A stretch of DNA of 64,000 nt from Paramoeba atlantica (lineage: Eukaryota > Protista > Discosea): NCBI GenBank assembly GCA_977017575.1, contig CDRNVI010000012.1, forward strand, positions 806,001 to 870,000, in the 5' to 3' direction. Shown here one piece after another: positions 43,284 to 55,100 of the stretch; position 1 is the stretch's first letter, and every line of letters starts with the position of its first letter. Below the pieces are notes generated by a model that worked only from the letters and a program-made list of their open reading frames with translations, was not told the DNA's origin and did not search any database. A program made the position numbers and the translations under genes.

Positions 43284-46200
43284 CACCCCTGTTCCACTTT
43301 TTTGCCCGCAATTGATTGAGCGCACCAGATGAGCTTTTCGAATAATTTTTTCAGCAAAGTACGTAGATGATTCGCCAGAGCGTGTAAAAAATGCGTTTTT
43401 CACCCCTTATTTCAGCTGTGGCGACTGAGCAAAAAAGGTTCGTTTTTTCCACGTTTTTCAGTAACAAATTGCATTTTTTTTTGTTTTTTTAGGTTATTTT
43501 ACCACAATTTATGTATACTTCTATCTTCCATTTCTCTTTTGAAATGTCCTGATTATTTATTCTATGAACAATACTGCGTTTTTAAGACTCCTTCGTTTTA
43601 TTAATAATATTTCTTACTAGTAATGCACAATCGTCACCCAAGTTCTTTATCCCTTGAAGATTTAGTTCGCTCTGGCGAATTGATCCAACTTCAGAGCGGG
43701 AGATATTTTTTATGCGACCGAGATCAGGATGCGTTGCCTACCTTGACCCCTCCACTGTCAGATTCTTTCATCTCCTCAGAGCTTCATCTTTCTGTTTCCT
43801 CTTCTTCGGTACCACCTGATACTCCTGTCGAGGGTGATTTAACATTCTTCGTTTCACCTGTGGTTGCTTCTCCTCCTGTCGGAAATCCTCCAGACCTTCC
43901 TCTCTTAGCATCCGACTTTTCTGATACAGAAAGTGACGACGTATCTTGTACTTCCTCGATTGTTGAGGACAACTGGAGCGAAGAAAAGGGCGTCGAAGCG
44001 TATGCAGCTTCCCTAGGTCATATGAGGGAGGAAGGTGAATCTTTTGAATCATTCGTGACTAGGATGCAAAATTCGGAACCCCCTATGGAGCAAACAGGGG
44101 AGCAAATGAACCTGATTGACCTCATTACGACTTCTCATGCAGCAGGAGTGGAAGTGAATCTTGTCGAGCACATCACGACTTCACATGGCGTTTTGCCGAC
44201 GGAAACGGAAGAAAAATTGAGAGCCGAGTTGAGAGACAGTCGAGACCTTTGTCGGGTTAAAGCCAAAGAATGTACCTCTCTGAGAAAGAAAATCACAGCG
44301 ATGGAGAAAAAGCTCGTATCTTCTCAAAATGAACGAGCGGATATCGTGAAAATGATTAGTGAATTGCGTGAAAGGTGCAGCATCGCTGAAATTGAAAAAG
44401 ACAAGGCTGTTCAGTTAAAAGAAGGAGTTACCCTGGAATGCGAGAAAAGAGCGGCTAAAGAAATTAAACTCCTAAATATCTTGAGCTACCTCCAGCAACG
44501 ACCCGTTGAAGAAGCACCTTCTTCTGATGAAGGGGATTCAGTTATACGGCGTGGGCGTCCCTTAAAGCGCAAGCGTGGAAGAAAACCGCGAGATACCGAT
44601 TCTCTACCAATCCTAGTCCACGGAAAAGGGGCGCTCAATGAGGAAGACAAATTTGCCTTCAAAAAGATTCAATCAACGGGACGAGTGCAACGTTGGGAGT
44701 TGGGCTACATGTTTTCTTTGGAGCGCACGACATGTCGGCGGCTCTGGAATTCTCCTCTCAAAGTTTCCACCGGAGAGGAGCAGGGTGAAAGCAATTCCAT
44801 TGTGAAATGGGAACACTACGATGCGGCTACTGACCTTTTGCCGCAAGCAATTTCTATGTACGGCTCGTACCGTACAATTACAGATATTCAATGCGCGTAC
44901 GTGAAGCTGACAAACTTCAAGATCGTCCCTTCTCGCAAGAAGGTACGCCAATTATTATTGCACCATAAGTATCACTACGGACCGAAAGTTCATACTCTTT
45001 GTCTGAGTGTAACAAAGATGGAAGCCCGAGTTCGCTTTGCACAAGCAATGCTACAAGAGCAGGACAATCGAGACCAAAATTTTTTTTCGCGCCTAATTTT
45101 TTCTGACGAGGTTATGATACAGGCCGGTGACTCATCCAGAAAAACCTGGCAACACCCGGATTCCCCAGTATCCAAATACCGCACGGACCTTCCACCTCAA
45201 ATAATGTTATGGGGCGCTATGGATGTCGACGGGAATTTCCTCCATCACTGGTGTGAATTCAAATCTTTTTACGACGAATATACTCGAAACGGGGGTCAAG
45301 AAGAAATTCCTCCAAACAAAGGGCTCGGAACATTGTATTATCGAAGTTGCTTTTTGCAAAAGACGTATCTTCCGTGGGAAAAGATAGGAAACAAAATTTT
45401 TATGGACGATAACGCGCCTGGGCACAAGGCCATACTAACAATCGCCTGGTGGAAATCTCATCCCCGGGTTGAGGCTCTGCGGCTTTGTAAAGAGGTGAAG
45501 AGTGCTCAGACTCTCCCAAGATGGCCAGCAGACTCCCCGGATCTAAACCCAATAGAAAATCTCTGGAGTATTCTCATGCTGTACAAGAATAAACATAGAC
45601 CAAATACCGTGAGTGAAATAAAGGAAGTATGCGATCGATACTTGAAGTCTCCTGCTTGTCGGAAGGAATGTTATAAACTGTACCGTACTTTTAAAAAACG
45701 AATGGAAATGGTTATTTTGTATGGAGGAAAGAAGATCCCTTACTGAAATACTACAGTGAATCTTTCATCCACTTTAGTATTTCGATAGAAATTATGCAAT
45801 TTTCTGCAAGTTTTAGTTCAGAGGAACATGTTTAAGTATTTGCATCTCTGTGAAAACCGCGTCTGCCTTTGACAAAATTTTTTTAAAAAAAAAAAAAAAA
45901 TTTCTTTTTCTTTTCGATGTTCTTCTTTCAGAGATGACACGTCTTTTGACAAGACACGAGCTTTGATGATGAAATCTCCCCCACCTAAACCAAAGAGGAG
46001 GCTCTCACACTCTCCCAGGATGGCCTGCAGACTCCTCGGATCTGCCTTTCCTATCAAACCGAGTTATTTTACTTGAAGATGAGATTTTTTGAAAGGTTTC
46101 ACAGGATTTTTTTCACTGCCCAGATGAGCAAATTCTCAGATTTTTGCCCTTCCTCCCACGTTAATCGCATGCTGTTTAACTATAGGCATATTTTTCCCTG

Positions 46201-46299
46201 GTAGGGCATCACCTAATTATGCCGAAAAACCACTCTTTAGACCCAAATAGAAACTTTTTTTTATCACATAATACCGGGCAAAACAGGGGAACGGGGGTG
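43284..46299 (+). mobile_element. IS630/Tc1/mariner transposon (inner), inserted at a TA in the outer transposase
   Basis: Imperfect TIRs cacccctgttccacttttttgcccg / cacccccgttcccctgttttgcccg; TA at 43282-43283 and 46300-46301. Confidence 0.75.
43623..45746 (+). CDS. 707-aa DD48E transposase with a long acidic/coiled-coil N-terminal extension
   Basis: FSDEV, MLWGAM, FMDDNAPGH and WPADSPDLNPIENLW motifs; uninterrupted ORF. Confidence 0.9.
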   Translation: MHNRHPSSLSLEDLVRSGELIQLQSGRYFLCDRDQDALPTLTPPLSDSFISSELHLSVSSSSVPPDTPVEGDLTFFVSPVVASPPVGNPPDLPLLASDFSDTESDDVSCTSSIVEDNWSEEKGVEAYAASLGHMREEGESFESFVTRMQNSEPPMEQTGEQMNLIDLITTSHAAGVEVNLVEHITTSHGVLPTETEEKLRAELRDSRDLCRVKAKECTSLRKKITAMEKKLVSSQNERADIVKMISELRERCSIAEIEKDKAVQLKEGVTLECEKRAAKEIKLLNILSYLQQRPVEEAPSSDEGDSVIRRGRPLKRKRGRKPRDTDSLPILVHGKGALNEEDKFAFKKIQSTGRVQRWELGYMFSLERTTCRRLWNSPLKVSTGEEQGESNSIVKWEHYDAATDLLPQAISMYGSYRTITDIQCAYVKLTNFKIVPSRKKVRQLLLHHKYHYGPKVHTLCLSVTKMEARVRFAQAMLQEQDNRDQNFFSRLIFSDEVMIQAGDSSRKTWQHPDSPVSKYRTDLPPQIMLWGAMDVDGNFLHHWCEFKSFYDEYTRNGGQEEIPPNKGLGTLYYRSCFLQKTYLPWEKIGNKIFMDDNAPGHKAILTIAWWKSHPRVEALRLCKEVKSAQTLPRWPADSPDLNPIENLWSILMLYKNKHRPNTVSEIKEVCDRYLKSPACRKECYKLYRTFKKRMEMVILYGGKKIPY

Positions 46300-46513
46300 T
46301 ACAAAGCTGTGCCGTAACCCCCTTTACCCCCCCTGTACAAAAAATGAGGGGGGTGACTTATTTATAAAGAATTTGCGGGGGTTGTTTACAACCTCTGCCT
46401 CTTCGTCTTTATGGTGGCCGGGTGGGGGTGAATCGAGGCGGATGATAAAACCCCGAAAAAGGGGTGAGTATGGTCGATGAAAGGGATACTGTTGATTTTC
46501 ATTTTCGCCAGAG

Positions 46514-46584
46514 GGTCTGATTAGCCAAGTCATCAGGTCCAGTGACTCTACATCTGAGAGGCCTGAGTTCGATTCCCACAGAAG
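46514..46584 (+). pseudogene. Degenerate tRNA-like (Tyr-like) sequence
   Basis: A-box-like tagccaagt, gactctacatct resembling a tRNA-Tyr anticodon arm, B box gagttcgattccc. Confidence 0.3.
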
Positions 46585-46929
46585 TACTTTTAGTCCGACT
46601 ACACAGGGATTAGCTAATAAGCTCGGGTCCACGATATCCGAACGGATTCGTCCATTTGTCTATCCCACCCATTAGCATGCGCGTTCGAAGGGGGTTCGAA
46701 CCCGCTACTCGTCGTTTTTGCACAAACTACATGAAGCACGAACGTCGTTAGTGGGAAGCACTTTGCGAATCCGAAGGGATGGTATTGCGAGGGCTCGCGT
46801 GAGCGGGCCTGAGCCATACGCGGCGTCGTTAGTGGGAAGCAATTTGCGAAGCCCCGTTTAATAACAACCACCGCTTTTTAACGCAGCTATCACACCGACA
46901 TATGAAAGGGGGAGTATCATCACAATTGA

Positions 46930-47162
46930 ATTCGGAACACATACCCGAGGGGAGGGAGTCACGAATGACCTCGGAGGCAGATAACTGCCTCCGGAGCGTG
47001 CACCCTCAGGACACGGAGTCTTCGAAAAGACCTCGAATACCATACCGAACATGATTCGGAACACATACCCGAGGGGAGGGAGTCACGAATGACCTCGGAG
47101 GCAGATGACTACCCCCGGAGCGTGCACCCTCGGGACACGGAGTCTTCGAAAAGACCTCGAAT
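46930..47162. repeat. 109-bp hairpin-rich direct repeat, two copies (46930-47038, 47054-47162)
   Basis: Period 124; internal hairpins ggaggcag-ataa-ctgcctcc, gtca-cgaa-tgac and gtctt-cgaa-aagac. Confidence 0.85.
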
Positions 47163-47514
47163 TTGATTATTAATAGAGGGCTGCACAGTATGTCGTGCCA
47201 GGCCGGTTCCCAAGCATTTCCTTATTATTAGAACTTTGGAGAAAATTGAATACGTAAAGTAGATGAATAAATAAGTGGACTTGTAAAGAATGTGTCCAAG
47301 AAATAAAATACAGGACCTTTATTTTTTTTCCATCATCCGCTTATTTCAGTAACATATCGGTTTAATATTGCGTTTGATTTGCGCTCTTCCCTCACACTTT
47401 CTCGTTTTTTGTTCACGAGAACGCCGGGCTTGGGACCGGTATCGAGCGTGTTTATGGAGCTTTGATGATGCGTGCTACAAGCACTACAAGGAGCGCTGAT
47501 CGAAATCTCAAGAC

Positions 47515-47870
47515 TTGAGTGAAGACTCTGCGGAGACAACGAACCCAAAGTCTTTAGAAGAGTATACATGTATCTCTGAAGCCCTTCCATGTTTTGCCGC
47601 ACAAAGTAATCTATCTACCGAGGGGTTCCTGAGTTGTGTTCGACTCCAGTTTGAGGAGTTTCCTGCTAATGTCTCACCTTCAGAAGTTGCTTGCATTCTT
47701 CCTTCTCCTCGCGAGTTTCACCTTAGCGAGCGCCGGATTGCCGATATGATTTGGGACGATATTCAGCGTAACATTGACGGAGCAAAATTCTTTGGGTTGG
47801 CGGTAGACGGGGGGGTTGACAAAGTTTGAAATGAACATGTACTTATCGCAATCTTGTACGTCGTGGACCG
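47515..47870 (+). pseudogene. Possible hAT-type transposase remnant
   Basis: IQRNIDGAKFFGLAVDGGVDK resembles the hAT first-Asp motif (A.FFS...DETTD); an in-frame stop follows. Confidence 0.4.
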
Positions 47871-48591
47871 GAACTTCCTTCTACCTCCGATTTACCACCC
47901 GAAATACTATTTTCATGGTGCCTCTGATGACGCCGTGTGTATCTCAGCTTCTTATTCTTAACACCCGCAACCTTGTGGTGGCTCCTCATCATCAGCAGTT
48001 ATCATCCCTCAGCAGCAGTTATCATTCCTCTCTCAGTTATCCCCGTCTCTCTCTAAAAGAAGAGCACGACGTCGACCGTGAAAATACCTGAGAGGGTGGA
48101 GATACTTAGGATAAGATGGAGATACTTAGGGTGGAGATACTTGATTTTTACTGCATTTCGCGAATCAGTTGCACTGTTTAGTAGCATTTTTACTATCTTT
48201 CTTTATGCACATTTTTTTCTTACTGTCAACTCACTCAATGGAAAAGTACCTATTCGCGTAATGCGAGATCCTTCATTCCCTTTCACCCTCTTCACCCCCT
48301 TCACACAGACTTCCCTTCCACCCATCTTCCCTTTCGCCTTCCTTCGCTTTCAATTCCCCTGCAATAACAGGTAACCTGAAGTTCGAACGCAAAGAAAAGG
48401 TCATGGCAGTACTACTCTACAGAATTTTTGGGTAAACGGAAAAAAAACTTTTTGAAAGTTTTATAGTAAAAAAAAGTATAAAAAGTACTTTAAAGTAACT
48501 TTCATCCACTGAAAAAAACTTTTTTTTACTATAAAAAAGTTTCCGCGAACCCTGGTTAATTCCAAAAACTGAAAATGCCCTTCAAAGAAGG

Positions 48592-48970
48592 GACTGCAGT
48601 GGCAGCTGCAGTGGCACGTGAGAGAGGAAGAATACTGCCACGTGAGGCCTTGACGGCAGTGGAAGTACAGTGGTACGTGAGAGAGTAAGTGTACTGCCAC
48701 GTGAGGCAGTGACTGCAGCGTAGCTGCAGTGGCACATGAGAGAGTGAGAGCACTGCCACGTGAGGAAGTGTCTGCAGTGATGCAGTGTAGCTGCAGTGGC
48801 ACGTGCGAGGGTAAGTGCACTGCCACGTGAGGCAGTGGCTGCAGTTCAGCTACAGTGGCACGTGAGAGAGTAAGAGTACTGCCACGTGATGCCGTGACTG
48901 CAGTGCAAGTACAGTGGCACGTGAGAGAGTAAGAGCAGTGCCACGTGAGGCAGTGACTGCAGTGATGCAG
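48592..48970 (+). repeat. Second array of the about 59-bp CACGTG satellite
   Basis: Same unit as 36440-36865. Confidence 0.9.
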
Positions 48971-49155
48971 TCCCACTTTTTCAAGGGGTGGCTAGCTGGC
49001 CACTTTTTCGAGGGGTGGCCAGCGGGCCACTTTTCGGGGGATGATTTCTTTCGGGGGCGATTTTTTAGAAGATGATTGGCATTATTTTGTCAATTCTTAC
49101 TGCCATGACACCCACGAATTTTACTGATTGATACGACGAAACTGTTTTTTGTAGA

Positions 49156-49362
49156 ATCCAGGTATAAAGGAGCGAGGGAGATACGAAGCAACAGATGTAG
49201 CAGATTCCCACTAAAAAGATATCGTGTCTCCCTGCAGGAAGTTGACTCCAAGCTAGAAAGCGCATAGGTAGACATTTCTCGTTCAGGGAGATACGATTTC
49301 TTTTCAGTGGGAATCTGCTACATCTGTTGCTTCGTATCTCCCTCGCCCCTTTATACCTGGAT
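49156..49362. mobile_element. Fold-back MITE related to 36947-37144
   Basis: About 80-bp inverted arms; differences from the first copy are mirrored in both arms. Confidence 0.8.
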
Positions 49363-50113
49363 CTTTTAATAACAGTCTTGGTCTGTGTTCAACTTCGCGC
49401 TATTCATTGCCATTGAAATTGCTTAGATGTATCCTAATTGTAATTACGTGCATTGCTAATTGTTTAACTGTGTTCACTAGAAAGTCCATTCTGAGCATTT
49501 TTGTTTTATTCTTTACGTGCTACAAATGAATGCAGATGCAGTCCTTCACACTCACTGCGTCTGAAACTTGTAGCATCCTCGTATTCTCCGGTACTTAATC
49601 CCTCCTCTTTGGCAACTTCCACTGCAGAACGTTACCATCGTGCTTTCTCCACATCGAATGGTACACCATCGAACATGTATACCTGCCTCAGCAGCCTACT
49701 TTCGTTTATGATTAATACTCACGCACTTACAGTTGCTTTTCAGCTCTTCGTTTTCTTCTGCTGCATCAAGAACCGGTATCATTGTAAACAGTTCGCTCGC
49801 ACGGCGAATCGCTTCAAGGATGTTTTCTGGCTTATTTACTTTTACTGGTGGAATTCTGACCTTACTCCACGCTTGAACATTGGCATGCCTCTGCCGATTA
49901 TCATTAAGGTGGGCGTACGTTTCGAAGGGAGAGGGGCCTTCAAATTCATTACCAAATATTCTTTGTAAGTATATTCTAAAAGATTTTCAAAAACAAAAAC
50001 CAAATTTATAAATTTTATAATTTTAATATTTTTTTTGCAAAAAATTCTGACTCGCCATTTATAAAAATCAGTGAGAGATAGAGTAGTGTATAATCATCGA
50101 TCTGGCAATTTAA

Positions 50114-51823
50114 ATGTCTGGAGAGGAATTATTCTTTGAGGGTGTGGGTGTTCTTGAGCTTCGCCGAGAGAGGACTGCATCATATAATTCCTTGCAAGAC
50201 AAGCCTCACACGCTTCTTATTGAGCGTGAGGAACATTTTCAAATCACAATTCTGGGTGCCAATGGAAAACAAATTTTGTCTACCGCTGTTGACGAAGGGT
50301 TATCCATTTGTATGTACCCGTCCGCATGTGCGGTGGTTTTTCGCATCGGTTCACTTACCTACAAATTCACTTTTCACGAGACAAAAAGCTCAATCACAGA
50401 CTTCTCTGAGTGTTATGACTGGGCGCTGTACTGCACGATCACGGGCCGCGAGGTGCCCTTTGTGCCCCCCTACCACAATGAGCGCCATGATGCAAATGCC
50501 TTTACCCCTTGCGAGGAAGACAAAGCCGACCTCACCTGGGCGGTCTCAATGATGACCCACCGCATGGATGTAGACCCTAGTGAGGAGGAAGAAGAGGACT
50601 GGGATGGGGGCACGGAAACGGCCCGATCCACCGGACTGGGCCAGAGCCATTGCTTTGCCGACTCCACCCCCTACGGTCGCGTCATTGTAGCCAAGGAGCT
50701 GACCGGAGAGCGAGGCTGTGTGTTGGCGGCATTCCCTTACACCTCCGAAGGGTTGGAGATGGAGGACTCTGGGAATGCGGGGGTTCAGGAGTTCCGCCCT
50801 ACCCCCCTCGCCAACAATTCCCCCAACACCGCCGTCGAACCCGCCCAACTCGTACTCACCGACGACGACCGCCACGTCCTCGTCCGGGACCGGTTCGCTA
50901 CCCACACCCTCCATGACATTGACCTCACCACCGGGGTGGTGGTCGCGGACTACCACACCCACTCCGCCGGGGAGCCCTGGCCCCTACGCTGTCTCACCCC
51001 GCACCCCGGCCACACGCACGAGGCCCTGGTGACGTGTACCAGCCCCCAGGTCGTGTTCACCCTCGACCGCCGGCTCCCCTCCCGTCGCTGTGTCGTCCTC
51101 CCCCCCGGGCGGTCCCTCCCGGACTACGCCCTGACGCTACGCCCCGGCGACACCCTCACCTGTCACGCCACCAACGACGCCGGGTGTGTCGCCGTGGGGG
51201 ACCGCCGGGGACGCGTCCGGCTGTACTCCGGGGCCCCGGGGTCGTGGCGGGACCCGGGGGACCGGGCCAAGGGGTACCACCCGAAGACGGCAAAGACCCT
51301 GCTGCCGGGGCTCGGGCACCCCATCCTCCACCTCGATGTCACAAGGGACGGGGGGTTCGTGTTGGCCACGTGTGAGAGGTACCTGATTGTGCTCTCGACG
51401 GTGTGGGGGGAGGGGGCGGGGGAGGGGTTTCGAAAGAGGATGGGGCGGCATAAGAAGTTGCCGGTGCGGCTGGAGCTTACGCATGAGCAGGTGATGGCGT
51501 TGAACGGGATACAGAATGTGCACTTTGGTAAGGCCGTGTTCGAGTCGAATCCGAAAGGGGAGCATTGGATAGTAGCCAACGTGGGTAACTTTATTGCACG
51601 GTGGGACTTTGACTTGGTTCGCTCGGCGATTGAGGGAGAGGGTCCGTCCAATCCCCTGGTCAAGCCCTCGGTGATCCGTCAAAAGGAGCGAGTGCGGGAG
51701 CTGAGTTTAAATACGATAGACACGGGTGAAACACCACTCAAATATCTCACGGACCACACCATTGGAATGCGTAGTTACACTGAGGGAGCAGTGCAGAAAA
51801 AGTCGAGTAGGGTAGGCGACTAG
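50114..51823 (+). CDS. VID27: VID27-family protein
   Basis: VAVGDRRGRVRLY, AKTLLPGLGHPILHLDVTRDG..VLATCERYL, FRKRMG and PVRLEL motifs. Confidence 0.85.
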   Translation: MSGEELFFEGVGVLELRRERTASYNSLQDKPHTLLIEREEHFQITILGANGKQILSTAVDEGLSICMYPSACAVVFRIGSLTYKFTFHETKSSITDFSECYDWALYCTITGREVPFVPPYHNERHDANAFTPCEEDKADLTWAVSMMTHRMDVDPSEEEEEDWDGGTETARSTGLGQSHCFADSTPYGRVIVAKELTGERGCVLAAFPYTSEGLEMEDSGNAGVQEFRPTPLANNSPNTAVEPAQLVLTDDDRHVLVRDRFATHTLHDIDLTTGVVVADYHTHSAGEPWPLRCLTPHPGHTHEALVTCTSPQVVFTLDRRLPSRRCVVLPPGRSLPDYALTLRPGDTLTCHATNDAGCVAVGDRRGRVRLYSGAPGSWRDPGDRAKGYHPKTAKTLLPGLGHPILHLDVTRDGGFVLATCERYLIVLSTVWGEGAGEGFRKRMGRHKKLPVRLELTHEQVMALNGIQNVHFGKAVFESNPKGEHWIVANVGNFIARWDFDLVRSAIEGEGPSNPLVKPSVIRQKERVRELSLNTIDTGETPLKYLTDHTIGMRSYTEGAVQKKSSRVGD

Positions 51824-52111
51824 GGGTTGATTCCACAGGTTTGTTCATGGTGTGTACATTGCTTATACTAATGCGGTATTGATATCACTTACAAACATTG
51901 TACAACTTTGTTATTTACGATGTTTATTTTTTGCTTTGCAGGGTCTGAAAAGGAAAAAGTATTTGTAACATTCTGCATAAATTTCTAATTATTGAATTCA
52001 ATGCGTTTCGCTTTTACGTGGAGTTGCATCAACTTGAAAAATACCCACCTTTGTATTTCAAATTTTGTATGAAACAATAGTAATATACATGTACGCTTCG
52101 GGAAGAAAGTT

Positions 52112-55100
52112 ATGGTAATGCATTCTGTATCTGTTGAAGACTGTAGCGTGCTCAAGCGTCTCGGACAAAGACTTACGCATAGTTCACTGATCGAGAGTGA
52201 AAGTTTCGAGCCTGATCTTGATGAGATTCTGAAGTTTCTTTTTTCTGCACGAACGCGTGCATTGCATAAGCACGTGTATGTTTTGATAGAACGTCTTTCC
52301 GAGGAATTAGGTTTACAACGCTACATTGTAAAGAAATTTTCCAATGCATTGGACCACTTTCTAGGCGAGACTGCTACTCTCTTATCAAGCTCTGCACTTC
52401 ACCATGAGCTTCAAGAAACGTTCTCCGATCTTGACTCCTTACTTTCTCCCTGTAAGCCAGTTTTTGATTTCGTGCTAGATTCAAAAGTGTTCTCTATTCT
52501 TTCATGCCTAAAGCATTTCACGTTAATACGTGCACAAGCGGATGCCATGCATTGCTTCTGTTCTTTTAGCTCCGAGAAAAGCACTTTGCTTGGAAGCTTT
52601 CTACGCGTGCTCAACAGCGCTGTGCAACTAGGAAGGAACAGACTTGAAAAAACCAGACGAGAGAACTCTGAACTATTCTTGCAGGAATTTTCTCCTTTTC
52701 TATGCTTGCTGCAAAGCGTTAGTCAATGCCGCGTTTCCGTTTCTAGACAACACGTTCACTGTGCAGCCATGATCTACTCCCTTCTTCTACCTCCTTGGGT
52801 GGCCATAGATACAGGTAAATTTTTGCGAGTGCACAGCAACGATGCACGGGTAGAAATGTCGGAAAGAGTCCACTGTCCAACGAATGTTACGACTCGTGAT
52901 TGGAAAGACATTTTTATTGCACAATCTCTCACTGCAGTGCAATGTTGGACGCAATCGTTTACGTTTTCTTCCCAAATTGCACTGATGAAAGGCTGTATTG
53001 CGCTGCATAAGCTCACAAAGGACGCTTGTGCCTACGTTGAGTGCATTGTCACATGTCTGCAGAATCCAGACCTAGATGCCTCCATGCGATTTACAACGCT
53101 GCAAGCCGTTGAACTCATTTTTAAACGAATGGTAGCGTCTGATACTTCACTTCTTTCAGCTCTCACTTTGCGGGACATCACCACTGCGCTATTGGATCTC
53201 TGGGAGGAGAGTGGGGGTGCCTCCACCCCTACATTTCGGAACGTGGCATTCAGTCTGTGCGAGCGATTGGATCAAGCCAATGTGAACACGCCAAGGCACT
53301 TCATGCAAACAATGACAAAACTTACTGTAGTGCATCGGGGAAGATTTTCTGTTCTCTCTATTCTTGGTGAACGCTATGGCATGAAGAGACTGCTTGAGGA
53401 AGATTCCACGCTGCTGGAGACATCCATAAGTGTGATGTCTAAAGCTAAATTTGCTCACAGTGTGGGAGAGTTTCTTGTGACTTCTCTTCGGGGATCGGAT
53501 GAAATGAGTCGTGCCGTGTTGTCGGGCTTGGACACGGCGACGATTAGTGATACCACTCTGCTGCACCTCACCATGCACCTCTTTCTACCACTCTCTGCCA
53601 ATTCTCCGGATCTCATGAAGCTCATTCTACTCAAACTGTCAGAGAAGCCATTTGCCTATTTTAGGTTCGCGTGCCATCTGATCAACAAGCGGCTGAGTGT
53701 TTTCTGCTTGATTCGTCAAATGACCGGAAGTGTATTGTGGGGTGAGGGCCTCGTGAATTCGGACTTTAGAGTGAGGATGGATTGTATGAATACATTCGTG
53801 CGTTACTTTGGAAGGGAACGCTCAGCAATTTCTACTATTTTGCAGCGAAATATACGACAAGATGATTCATCCCACCGTAACGTATGGATCATAGCCTTAA
53901 AAAAGTGGTCTCTTTCGAGTCAAGATTTAGAGCGCTATTTGTACTACGAACTACATAGACAACAATTTCCTGGTAATTCTCTTGATTCACGTTTGACTTA
54001 CCTTCACTGCGGGCTTCATTTTACTAATAGCATCAAAAGCAGCGAAAACCATATCTCATTTATGTTTGCTTCACTATTGGAGGGCTGGGATCGAGTTCGA
54101 AATGATGCTTTTCATATACTCTGCGAACAGAAACTTCACCAATGTCACTTCGACAGTGCTGTAAAATGGGCCCAAATCGAAGGATTTAATTCCGTGGTGC
54201 GGAAACGAAGTGAAGCGGCTTGTATGATTTTGTACCTTGCAGATAGGTTCATGACAGATAGCTCTTGTACATCATGTAGGCATGAGGAAAGAATATGCAG
54301 TTTGCTGCAAGATATCTCTTTTGACATAGGCAAGGTTGCAAAATTTTCCAAATTCGGTGTCCATGCGAATCTTACCTGGATTCGTCTTCTAATACGCTAC
54401 ACGAAGAGAACGAGTTTTTCATCTGATGTTATAAACAACGTGATCACAGCCTCTTCCAGCGTACTGAACGCATGTACCTCATTGCTATCCAATGTGACAG
54501 AGACTGAGGATTTGTGCAACCCTAGCCGGGATTCGTTCATTGATTGTAGAGGACACGTCATTATTGATGGTTTAACGAACCTGGAACAACGTCACATCAT
54601 AACGAACGCTTGGTTGGCAGTAAAAGAAGTCTGTGAATTGCTAGACGAGGTTTACAACGTATCAGAAATTATCACATATGAGGCATCCAAACGTGCATTA
54701 ACGGAACTTTCGAATGCTCTGCTGCAAACTAAACACAATGGTATTATGTTTAAAAGCCGGCAAAGCCTTAGTGTGTTGGCAACATCTCTCCTACGACACT
54801 CCGGTTGCACTCTAGTGCTGAATCTGATGCAAGACCTTCTGGGTGCGAAAGGGGTGAGATCGATGAACGAGAGCCGCATTTTGCGACGCAGCCAAGGGTT
54901 ACCCCACGCCATTGTTGGTCTCCTTGAGGCGGAGGATGCCTCCAAACCTCGTTGTCTTCTCTCCATGGCAATGGACGTGTTTTTCGAAATTACGTGTGAG
55001 GATACGGAAGTGGTCCAACAACATGTTGTTTCTGCTCTGCATGTCGTCAAATTTATTCTAGAAAGTTCCATATTAAGAGAGAGCACTACAATCTATCTTG

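Larger units (their letters stand above)
42154..46358 (+). mobile_element. IS630/Tc1/mariner transposon (outer), interrupted by a second element
   Basis: Imperfect about 30-bp TIRs (agtSacccccc...acaggggg); TA on the right, CA on the left. Confidence 0.7.

Noticed and set aside
49501-49968. 155-aa ORF with an STAER word suggestive of a hAT dimerisation motif
   Set aside because: The surrounding residues do not fit the motif and there is no other support.
50546-51682. Several overlapping ORFs within VID27
   Set aside because: Shadow ORFs of the GC-rich core.
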